Assembly: GCA_047967505.1 (NCBI GenBank)
Contig: CM106538.1
Reading direction: 5' to 3' (one strand)
DNA from: Dipteris shenzhenensis
Taxonomy: Eukaryota
Length of the DNA: 64,000 nucleotides
Positions 1-11,500 of this stretch are shown here, in pieces (position 1 is the first letter of the stretch; the number at the start of each line of letters is the position of its first letter). Both the position numbers and the translations under genes were made by a program. Under the pieces are notes generated by a model. That model made no database searches, was not told where the DNA came from, and worked only from the letters and a program-made list of their open reading frames with translations.

Positions 1-2333
1 CTGCATAGCCTCCATCCACCTATCATCACCCTGTGCCTCTTCAAGACACTTGGGTTCATCAGCACGGATCACCTCTGTCATCAAAGCATAGTTGACCAAG
101 TGTTCCTGCGCCCTTCTTTGCTCCTCTAATCTCTTGGACTGGCGGTGTTCGGATGGTTCCTCCTCAATGGCTGGAGGTTCTCTCCCGTCCAAGAGCTGCT
201 TTACCCACTTCAAGAAAGGCCGTTGCCGTTGTGGTTCTACAGGCTCTTCTTCCTCTTCTTTATCTTGAATCCTCCCAAGCACCATTGGGGGAGTTCGGTC
301 TGCTATTGGTGGTTGTACTGGATATCCTGGTCCTCGTTGTCTGGGAAGGAAGCATCCTCCTCCAATTGATGCGGCTGTTCTGAGAAGACCACATCGCGAC
401 TTACTATTACCTTCTTGGTAACAGGGTTATAGAGACGGTAACCCTTCGCCTCTTCACTGTAGCCCAAGAAAATACACTTCCGGCTCTTCGGTTCCCATTT
501 GGTCCTGTTAGCATCAGGGACATGCACAAAACAATCACATCCAAAAACTCTGAAATGTGCAGCTGAAGGTTTCTTACCAGAAAAGGCATACAGTAGAGTC
601 ATCCCGTTCGTTCACAGCCTTCGTGTAGCTACGATTTAGAATGTAAACTGCAGTGTTATATGCTTCAATCCAGAAAGTCTTTGGCAAATCTTTCCCTTTC
701 ATCATACTCCTGCCCATTTCACAGATGACGCGCATCTTGCGTTCTACTACTCCATTTTACTGTGATGTATGTGGTGGGGGTTTTTGCCTCTTGATCCCAT
801 GACTTTTGCAGTAACTTTCGAATTCACTTGATGTGAACTCTCCACCTCTGTCTGATCTCAATTTCTTCACCTTCCTCCCCGTTTCTTTCTCGACCATTAC
901 ATGCCATTCCTTGAACTTACTAAAAGCCTCGTCTTTAGTCTTCAGGAAGTATATCCATATCCTTCTACTGTAGTCGTCGATCAGCGTCATGAAGTAGTAG
1001 AAACCACCCAAAGCTTCCGTCTCCATCTTTCCGCAGAGGTCCGTGTGAACGAGCTCTAGAGGAGCCTTTGCCCTGCTGGCCTCTTTAGGAAAGGGATGTT
1101 GATGCTGCTTGCCCATCATATGCAAGCTTCACATACATCGGGCAGATCTGTAATTTCTGCTAGGTCTGCAATCATTCCACTTTTATGCATCTCCTTTAAA
1201 GAACTAAGGTTTAGATGACCAAACCTCTCATGCCACAGCTTAGTGTTCTTCACATCGGCTCGAGCACTGAAAGCTGAGAGTTCGTAGATGTTGTTGCGCC
1301 GTGTACCTTTACCAATGACCTTCCCTTGAAGATCCAGAATCTGTGCACCATTCTTATCGAATTGAACTTTGAGGTCCCGATCCGTGATCGCAGAAACGCA
1401 CAACAAGTTCCTCTTGATATCTGGCACATAAAGAACATCGGACAACTGTTTTACAACTCCATCTGACTTGAGAGCTATCGTACCTTTTCCTTTTGCTGGA
1501 CATTTTGCATCATTGCCAACTGCTACCAGGATGTCATTCCCTACCGGCTGTAGAGAGGTGTACCAATCCTTCCGACTGGTCATGTGGCACGATGCACCAT
1601 TGTCAATAATCCCAAATCTTCTCTAGTCCTCGTCTTTTGACGCATCTCCTCCTCCAGAAGCATTGCGCTGATATCCTCAAAGTTGAGGGGCGGATTTCTG
1701 TTCTGCGTATTCAGCGCCGTAACAAGACCGTTGTACTTTGGTGGGAGAATCCGTATGCACCTTCGTGCTAGATTCTCGTTGGTGATGGTGATGCCAATCG
1801 CAGTCATCTGATCGCGCAAATTCTTCACCCTGGTGATGAACTTCTCTGCCGCTTCAGACTCACACAGTTTCTCGTTCACGAGTTGAGTCTCCAGATTCTG
1901 AATCCGCGTCTGATTCGTGGTCTTGTACTGATTTTTCAAGACCGTTCATGCCTCCTCCGCTGTGGTGACATGTTGAATTAACGCCATGACGGAATCACTT
2001 ACACTGCAGACAATAGAACACAACGCATCTACATTTCTTCTTGTCCACGCGAGAATCTCATCCGCAGTTGGTACTATCTGTTGTCCTGCATTGGCTGGAT
2101 CCGGTCTCGCAACCGGCTTCACGTCCACCCCAGTAGCAGTATCCCAAAGCTCGTATGCGCTTAGGATGGTCTTCATCTTGAACTTCCAGAGTGGATAGTT
2201 AGAGCGGGTCCAACTTTCCACTTTCGCCAACGGTGGGATTCGCAGTCTTGCGGGCTGGGCCATCTCTCACAATCTGCTCGCAAACAGAAACACACTACCA
2301 AATCTTCTTGCTAGAGTCCAAGCTCTGATACCA
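1..2333 (-). mobile_element. Ty1/copia LTR retrotransposon A, internal region (gag-PR-GAG-pre-INT-INT-start of RT), frameshifted; continues past the window start
   Basis: Minus-strand ORFs: gag (NYPLWKFKMKTILSAYELWD, 1946-2263; 1580-1939), protease (IIDNGASCHMT near 1580-1610), LWHERFGHLN, integrase (LELVHTDLCG...IDDYSRRIWIYFLK...LRSDRGGEF), SH3-like part (FRVFGCDCFVHVP...KCIFLGYSEEAKGYRLYNP). tRNA-iMet PBS TGGTATCAGAGC on the minus strand at 2322-2333. Confidence 0.95.
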
Positions 2334-4915
2334 TGTAAGAAAACAATACAACGTCTGTGCTCAACAGATAACAGGATCTCGTATGCAAGAGAGAAAAGCA
2401 GATAGTATGGAGAATAAAAAATTTGATTACTGTAAAACTGATACAATAGATGGCGCTGCCTTCCAGCCGTGCGCTCCTGTGAAAGAAGCTTTGATGGCGA
2501 GCTAGAAACAGTAGAAGACGGAGGCTGGATGCTAAGGAATCAGGGTTGCTGTAGCCAGTGATAAAATGGGCTTCACGGGCTTGCTCTTATATAGCCACCA
2601 GTCATAGTCGGTTAGACTCAATTGGGTGACCGACCCAGTCTGCCCAAAACGGTCGACTGAGGGTTGGTCCCGAAATAGGCCACCGACCACACGATAGAAC
2701 CGTGGCGCAAAATAGAGCAACTAACCTACGTTGTCCGTTCGGCCCAGAGCCATCCGGGTGTTAGAATTATAAATATAATTCAGCAGTGACCAATGTAATT
2801 TAATAAGCTAGTTAGGGGCACTTTTCCCTCTTTAAGAGGTTTTTTCCCCTAACCGCAGTTAGTTCACTAACTATGGTTAGTGACTACTAAGGTTTTGTCA
2901 CTAGGACAAAACCTTATCTCTCACTCTTTATGTTGTACTCTTTACACTCTTCTATTGCAACTCAGCTCTCAAGCTTTCAGCTCTCCAGCTCTCTCGCTCT
3001 TGCTCTCTCTCTCTCCCCAATCTCTCACATTTGGTATCAGAGCCTGTACGGAAGCAGGGCCTGTACGGAAGCATGGACAATGACCTGCTGTACGGCTTGT
3101 ACGCGCAGGTACGGATGGTGACAGTGAACCGTACGGATGGTGACAGCGAACCGTACGCGCAGGTACGGAACTGTACGGCGAACTGTACAGTCTGGCAACG
3201 GATTGTACGGCTGAAGGTTTGTTGTACAGAATGGAGATGCAGAATGTACGTTGCTTCGCTTCTAATGACGACACATGAGCAGTACGACAGGGTACGGTAC
3301 GGCAGGTAGCAGGTATGGGTCAAACTTCGAGCAGGTACGGACGACAGGATGAAGCAGCAGGTGCACGAACTGTACGGGCATAAGGAGCTTGGGCTGATCC
3401 TGCTCCCTACTCCTTCCTCGTTGAGCTCTTGCCTCATTTCAAAGCTGATTTGCAGACCAACTTTGACATGTCAGATTTGGGGCTGCTTCACTTTTATTTG
3501 GGGATCCAGTTCTCTCATGAGAGACGTGGCACTGTTATGTCTCAGTCCAAGTGTGTGCAGAAACTCTTGGACAGATTTAACATGCATGATTGTAAGCCCA
3601 TAGCCACTCCCATGGAGCCGGGGCTGAAACTCACAATGCATGATGCAGGAGAATTAGTTGATGCCACACTTTACAGTCAGGCTGTTGGATGCCTCATATA
3701 TCTCTGCAACACTAGACCTGATATTCAGTTTGCAGTATCTCAAGTGAGCAGGTACATGCACAACCCAAAAACTATGCATTGGCAGGCAATTAAGCGCATC
3801 TTCCGTTATTTGCAGGGCACAAATCTTTTGGCTTGCTATTTCCCAAGGGGGGTGACTTGCAGATGCATGCCTACAGTGATTCAGATTGAGCTGGTGATTA
3901 TGACACTAGGCAGTCCACTAGTGGCAATTGTTTCTGTTTGGGTAAATCTTGCATTTCCTGGCTAAGCAAGAAACAATCTACAGTGGCTACCTCATCATGT
4001 GAAGCTGAGTACAAGGCAGCTTTCACAGCAACAATTGAATGTGTCTAGCTGCGACGTCTATTTGCTGATCTTCATCTGTCTTTGGAGGGTCCTTCTCCAA
4101 TTCTCACTGATAGTCAGAGTGCCATTGCAGTGGCAAAGAATCCAGTGTTTCATGCTCGCACGAAGCACATTGAGGTTCACTATCACTACGTCAGAGAGAA
4201 GTTGCATGCAGGAGAGATCAGTATGATCTTTGTGTCCACACATGACAACGTTGCAGATATTTTCACCAAAGCACTACCACGTGAAAAGTTTGAGGCATTT
4301 CGCAGTGCCCTGAACTTATATCCTTTTGGTGATTGATCAGCCTTGTACATGACATTGGCACTGCACGGGGTAACCAATGTAATTTAATAAGCTAGTTAGG
4401 GGCACTTTTCCCTCTTTAAGAGGTTTTTCCCCCTAACCGCAGTTAGTTCACTAACTATGGTTAGTGACTACTAAGGTTTTGTCACTAGGACAAAACCTTA
4501 TCTCTCACTCTTTGTGTTGTACTCTTTACACTCTTCTATTGCAACTCAGCTCTCAAGCTTTCAGCTCTCCAGCTCTCTCTCTCTTGCTCTCTCTCTCTCC
4601 CCAATCTCTGACACCGGGATCATCTGGGGCTCCAAACGGGCCCCGCAACCGGAGAGTGGACTGCCCCGGGAGATGCTCCGTCTACCCTCAATGCAGTCAG
4701 TCATGGGATGCCTTCCCGCACTTGCATGTAGCCTAGTTGGCAGTGTGCCAACTCCGTCCAGCCATCAGGCCTCACTTGGCCCCCATCTGGTGTCCAAACC
4801 AGGACCTATCGGATAACCGAGCTACTCAAATGCCTTCTCCTCATATAGGGGGCTTACAAGTAGAGTTAGCTGGTTCCCGCGTAGTTACACGAGAGTGGAG
4901 CATTGATATCTAACA
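2334..4915 (-). repeat. 5' LTR of copia A (about 720 bp: 2334-2758 plus 4619-4915), split by inserted element B
   Basis: Starts TGTAAG directly after the PBS and ends ...CTAACA at 4915, giving TG...CA termini. TATATA-like box near 2588. Interrupted at the CCGGG TSD. Confidence 0.75.
2759..4613 (+). mobile_element. Non-autonomous copia deletion derivative B (1.86 kb) retaining only the C-terminal RT and RNase H
   Basis: 5' LTR 2759-3029 (TGTTAG...CACA); PBS 3032-3043; near-identical 3' LTR ~4370-4613 lacking its first ~27 bp; TSD CCGGG at 2754-2758 and 4614-4618. RT end (FDMSDLGLLHFYLGIQ...YLCNTRPDIQFAVS) and RNase H (SKKQSTVATSSCEAEY...KHIEVHYHYVRE...ADIFTKAL). Confidence 0.93.
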
Positions 4916-5570
4916 TGATAACCGGTACGATAATTGAGGCAGCAAACTTGGCTCAGGATGACTGGCCATTTGTTTGACCTGCCATTACAATCTAGAGATA
5001 CAAGCTTCAACTTTATCTATTTCAGATTCTAAGTCAACCTGGTATTTTGATAGCGGTGCTTCTAAGCACATTACCTGCTGTAAATCTCTATTTCAGTCCT
5101 TGAGTGTTGCTCCACATGGGGGCATTGTCACTTGTGCAAACAATGCAGCACATCCCGTGAAAGGGATTGGTGAGGTGCTAGTCACATCAATGCCAGGTGA
5201 TACAATGACACTTGTGGAAGTTATTTGTGTCCCACGATCAAGAAGAATCTGATTTCTATTTCAGGCATCTCCACAAATGGCTTCAGAGTTCTTTTTGACG
5301 GTCATCGTTGTGCCATGTATGATAACCCGTACGATAATTGTATAGTACTCACTAGGACACTTGAAAGCAGACTGTATCACTTGATATCTTTGAAAAACAT
5401 GCTGCTATAGAAGCTAATGCCATTGTTGAATCTGTGATTTTCGATAATGAATTATGGCATGAGAGATTGGGACATCTAAACTTTAACAGTTTTGGTGAAG
5501 ATGCATTCAAAGGACATGGTACCACCCATGCATGTAATTACAAAACAGGGTTTCTTATTAGGGAAAATGC

Positions 5571-8500
5571 TGTTAGAAATGACCCAACAGAGGGTACACG
5601 CAGCGGAAGACTTATAGTAAAGCCCAGGAGCTCACACAGTGTGCTGTGTGGGTGTGGAATCACAAACTTCTTTACTTATGTGCATTCAATAGATGTGCAG
5701 ACTCATCATTAGACAATGAACCAGCCAGATACAGAAACCACCAAAATATATATTTCCGTCCACAACTATGGACACAATACAAAACAGACATATCCAGAGT
5801 CCCACCAATGATGTGGTCCTCTGATCTTACCACAAGGTCCTCCTCCTATCTGCTGGCTACCTCCAGATTCGAGTCCGCGTGCTCCACTTGGAGCTTCTGT
5901 AGACTTTCTGTCCAGTGAGTTCTTCTCCACCTTACTGCCTGTGAATCAGCCTAGGTGGGCAGCCCTTGCCAAGCTTTGTCTACAGCACACAGGTCCCCTT
6001 GGTCCTCCTGAATGTAGGCCCCAAGATAACTGTTCCACTGCTCCAACCTGCTTGTGAATGGCTGCTCCAGAAGATGATGATCTCAGCAACCTTCTGCCCT
6101 AGAAGACAGTCTAGGTTCAGCCTCTCCCTGGAGCTAAGTCTGCAGCACTCTTTAGGTCTCCTTCACCTCCTGGAAAAAGGCCCAAGGAAGCCCTATCTAC
6201 TGCTCCTGTCTGCTCCTCCAAAGCTGCTCTGCTGGATATTGAAATGAGGCCTGAGCCTCTCCTTTTATAGGCCCTGACGCCTAGCAAAAATACCGACTGG
6301 TCAGCCCTATTTTGGCCGACTCAGTCTGTCTAAAAACCGACCTGGTTGGCTGTCCCTACCAGCCCAACCAGGGCCCTATATAAGGGACTTCACTAGGCCC
6401 TTTGCAGCCTTTGTTCCAGGCAGGGACCCAGCCCTCTTGACCAGCCTAACCAAAACCTGGTTGGCTGGCTCAACCAGCCCCAACCAGCTCTACTGTTGGC
6501 CGACCTGTTTGCTGATCTGTCCCGCCATATTCCTGCGCCATCTTTAGGGTATGTTGCAGGCCATGTGCCTACCCACACGCCTTGCCAAATAGCTTGCCAT
6601 GTAGGCGCCTGTGCCCCGGGATACCCTGCCATCTTGTGCTGCTCCAGATATGTCTCTTCCAGGCCAGATCTATGCCATGTATGCATCGCCATCTGCCATG
6701 GTCTCGACGCCATGTGTTGCAGCCACTTTGATGCATCCAGGTACTTTCCTTTTTCTCTCTGATCTTTGCCCCCATGGCAGCCATCTTGCTGCCCATGTGG
6801 CCATCCCTCAGGACCCAGGTCCACCTCCCCCATGCTCTCCTCATTTGGGTCTTACAAATGGGGAGGTGACCTTTCCAACACCCCCTCTCACCGACACATC
6901 CAGGGCCAATGCCAACACGTCGATGAAGATGCTCCAGTAACTCCCTGGTCCTAGTCCTCTAGAACTTTTCGGTGTCGAAATCTTTTCCTGGCTTTTCATC
7001 CAGTGGCTCCTGCTCCACCACGTCCAGTTCCACTTCTGCACACCATCCTGGTACACAGGTCCATCTTTGGTGGCACCTCCTGGCACCACCATCTTCCGTC
7101 ACATTCCTGCCTTCGAACTCGAGCAATCCTGCCGTCACGATCTTCCACTCGTCCCCTCATAATGAGTGAACAACCTGGAATCTTCCAGGCACCATGCTCT
7201 GAGGGTCTGTTTCAACCCGTCCTTCCTTTGGCAAGGTCTGCAACAAAAGTACATCTCCACATAACCTGGACTGCGAACTTTAAACGCACCTGACTGAACC
7301 TGAGTCACCCTCCTCCTCGCAAGGGCACAATCCTCCAGTCGTGGAAGTCGATTCGCTAGAGCTTCTGAATCAGGGCTGTCCTTCAGCAAGGTCCCTGCCT
7401 TCAGGCTCCCACACCTGTGAGCCTCCTACTTGGGCTCTGATACCATGTTAGAAATGACCCAACAAAGGGTACACGCAGCGGAAGACTTATAGTAATGCCC
7501 AGGAGCTCACACAGTGTGCGGTGTGGGTGTGGAATCACAAACTTCTTTACTTATGTGCATTCAATAGATGTGCAGACTCATCATTAGACAATGAACCAGC
7601 CAGATACAGAAACCACCAAAATATATATTTCCCTCCACAACTATGGACACAATACAAAAGAGACAGATCCAGAGTCCCACCAATGATGTGGTCCTCTGAT
7701 CTTACCACAAGGTCCTTCTCCTATCTGCTGGCTATCTCTAGACTCGAGTCCGTGTGCTCCACCTGGAGCTTCTGTAGACTTTCCGTCCAGTGAGTTCTTG
7801 TCCACCTTACTGCCTGTGAATCAGCCTAGGTGGCAGCCCTTGCCAAGCTTTGTCTGCAGCACACAGGTCCCCTTGGTCCTCCTGAATGTAGGCCCCAAGA
7901 TAACTGTTCCACTGCTCCAACCTGCTTGTGAATGGCTGCTCCAGAAGATGATGATCTCAGCAACCTTCTGCCCTAGAAGACAGTCTAGGTTCAGCCTCTC
8001 CCTGGAGCTAAGTCTGCAGCACTCTTTAGGTCTCCTTCACCTCCTGGGAAAAGGCCCAAGGGAGCCCTATCTGCTGCTCCTGTCTGCTCCTCCAAAGCTG
8101 CTCTGCTGGATATTGAAATGAGGCCTTACCCTCTCCTTTTATAGGCCCTGAGGCCTGGCAAAAATACCGACTGGTCAGCCCTATTTTGGCCGACTCAGTC
8201 TGTCTCAAAACCGACCTGGTTGGCTGTCCCTACCAGCCCAACCAGGGCCCTATATAAGGGACTTCACTAGGCCCTTTGCAGCCTTTGTTCCAGGCAGGGA
8301 CCCAGCCCTCTTGACCAGCCTAACCAAAGCCTGGTTGGCTGGCTCAACCAGCCCCAACCAGCTCTACTGTTGGCCGACCTGTTTGCTGAGCTGTCCCGCC
8401 ATATTCCTGCGCCATCTTTAGGGTATGTTGCAGGCCATGTGCATACCCACACGCCTTGCCAGATAGCTTGCCATGTAGGCGCCTGTACCCCGGGATACCC

Positions 8501-11500
8501 CGCCATCTTGTGCTGCTCCAGATATGTCTCTTCCAGGCCAGATCTATGCCATGTATGCATCGCCATCTGCCATGGTCTCGACGCCATGTGTTGCAGCCAC
8601 TTTGATGCGTCCAGGTACTTTCCTTTTTCTCTCTGATCTTTGCCCCCATGGCAGCCATCTTGCTGCCCATGTGGCCATCCCTCAGGACCCAGGTCCACCT
8701 CCCCCATGCTCTCCTCATTTGGGTCTTACAGATGGGGAGGTTACCTTTCCAACACCCCCTCTCACCGACACATCCAGGCCCAATGCCAACACGTCGATGA
8801 AGATGCTCCAGTAACTCCCTGGTCCTAGTCCTCTGGAACTTTTCAGTGTCGAAATCTTTTCCTGCCTTTTCATCCAATGGCTCCTGCTCCACCAGGTCCG
8901 TTTCCGCTTCCGCACACCATCCTGGTACACAGGTCCATCTTTGGTAGCACCTCTTGGCACCACCATCTTCCGTCACATTCCTGCCTTCGAACTCGAGCAA
9001 TCCTGCCGTCACGATCTTCCAGTCGTCCCCGTCATAATGAGTGAACAACCTCGAGTCTTCCAGGCACCATGCTCTGAGGGTCTGTTTCAACCCGTCCTTC
9101 CTTTGGCAAGGTCTGCAACAAACGTACATCTCCACATAACCTGGACTGCGAACTTTAAACGCACCTGACTGAACCTGAGTCACCCTCCTTCTCGCAAGGG
9201 CACAATCCTCCAGTCGTGGAAGTCGATTCCCTAGAGCTTCTGAATCAGGGCCGTCCTTCAGCAAGGTCCCTGCCTTCAGGCTCCCACACCAGTGAGCCTC
9301 CTACTTGGGCTCTGATACCATGTTAGAAATGACCCAACAAAGGGTACACGCAGCAGAAGACATATAGTAATGCCCAGGAGCTCACACAGTGTGCGGTGTG
9401 GGTGTGGAATCACAAACTTCTTTACTTATGTGCATTCAATAGATGTGCAGACTCATCATTAGACAATGAACCAGCCAGATAGAGAAACCACCAAAATATA
9501 TATTTCCGTCCACAACTATGGACACAATACAAAAGAGACAGATCCAGAGTCCCACCAATGATGTGGTCCTCTGATCTTACCACAAGGTCCTTCTCCTATC
9601 TGCTGGCTATCTCTAGACTCGAGTCCGCGTGCTCCACCTGGAGCTTCTGTAGACTTTCCCTCCAGTGAGTTCTTTGTCCACCTTACTGCCTGTGAATCAG
9701 CCTAGGTGGGCAGCCCCTGCCAAGCTTTGTCTAAAGCACACACGTCCCCTTGGTCGTCCTGAATGTAGGCCCCAAGATAACTGTTCCACTGCTCCAACCT
9801 GCTTGTGAATGGCTGCTCCAGAAGATGATGATCTCAGCAACCTTCTGCCCTAGAAGACAGTCTAGGTTCAGCCTCTTCCTGGAGCTAAGTCTGCAGCTCT
9901 CTTTAGGTCTCCTTCACCTCTTGGGAAAAGGCCCAAGGAAGCCCTATCTGCTGCTGCTGTCTGCTCCTCCAAAGCTGCTCTGCTGGATATTGAAATGAGG
10001 CCTGAGCCTCTCCTTTTATAGGCCCTGAGGCCTGGCAAAAATACCGACTGGTCAGCCCTATTTGTGCCGACTCAGTCTGTCTCAAAACCGACCTGGTTGG
10101 CTGTCCCTACCAGCCCAACCAGGGCCCTATATAAGGGACTTCACTAGGCCCTTTGCAGCCTTTGTTCCAGGCAGGGACCCAGCCCTCTTGACCAGCCTAA
10201 CCAAATCCTGGTTGGCTGGCTCAACCAGCCCCAACCAGCTCTACTGTTGGCCGACCTGTTTGCTGAGCTGTCCCGCCATAATCTTGCGCCATCTTTAGGG
10301 TATGTTGCATGCCATGTGCGTACCCACACGCCTTGCCAGATAGCTTGCCATGTAGGCGCCTGTACCCCGGGATACCCCGCCATCTTGTGCTGCTCCAGAT
10401 ATGTCTCTTCCAGGCCAGATCTATGCCATGCATGCATCGCCATCTGCCATGGTCTCGACGCCATGTGTTGCAGCCACTTTGATGCGTCCAGGTACTTTCC
10501 TTTTTCTCTCTGATCTTTGCCCCCATGGCAGCCATCTTGCTGCCCATGTGGCCATCCCTCAGGACCCAGGTCCACCTCCCCCATGCTCTCCTCATTTGGG
10601 TCTTACAGATGGGGAGGTTACCTTTCCAACACCCCCTCTCACCGACACATCCAGGCCCAATGCCAACACGTCGATGAAGATGCTCCAGTAACTCCCTGGT
10701 CCTAGTCCTCTGGAACTTTTCAGTGTCGAAATCTTTTCCTGCCTTTTCATCCAATGGCTCCTGCTCCACCAGGTCCGTTTCCGCTTCCGCACACCATCCT
10801 GGTACACAGGTCCATCTTTGGTAGCACCTCCTGGCACCACCATCTTCCGTCACATTCCTGCCTTCGAACTCGAGCAATCCTGCCGTCACGATCTTCCAGT
10901 CGTCCCCCTCATAATGAGTGAATAACCTCGAGTCTTCCAGGCACCATGCTCTGAGGGTCTGTTTCAACCCGTCCTTCCTTTGGCAAGGTCTGCAACAAAC
11001 GTACATCTCCACATAACCTGGACTGCGAACTTTAAACGCACCTGACTGAACCTGAGTCACCCTCCTTCTCGCAAGGGCACAATCCTCCAGTCGTGGAAGT
11101 CGATTCCCTAGAGCTTCTGAATCAGGGCCGTCCTTCAGCAAGGTCCCTGCCTTCAGGCTCCCACACCTGTGAGCCTCCTACTTGAGCTCTGATACCATGT
11201 TAGAAATGACCCAACAAAGGGTACACGCAGCAGAAGACTTATAGTAATGCCCAGGAGCTCACACAGTGTGCGGTGTGGGTGTGGAATCACAAACTTCTTT
11301 ACTTATGTGCATTCAATAGATGTGCAGACTCATCATTAGACAATGAACCAACCAAATAGAGAAACCATCAAAATATATATTTCCGTCCACAACTACGGAC
11401 ACAATACAAAAGAGACAGATCCAGAGTCCCACCAATGATGTGGTCCTCTGATCTTACCACAAGGTCCTTCTCCTATCTGCTGGCTATCTCTAGACTCGAG

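Noticed and set aside
2322-2333. tRNA-Met gene fragments at the TGGTATCAGAGC sites
   Set aside because: These 11-12-nt matches are retrotransposon primer-binding sites next to LTRs, with no cloverleaf.
8344-9264. 306-aa minus-strand ORFs in array units (also 10221-11141; 171 aa at 12508-13023)
   Set aside because: They start at TTG, run from the internal domain into the LTR, show no recognisable domain, and are frameshifted in unit 1 and stopped early in unit 4. Their recurrence simply reflects the DNA repeat.
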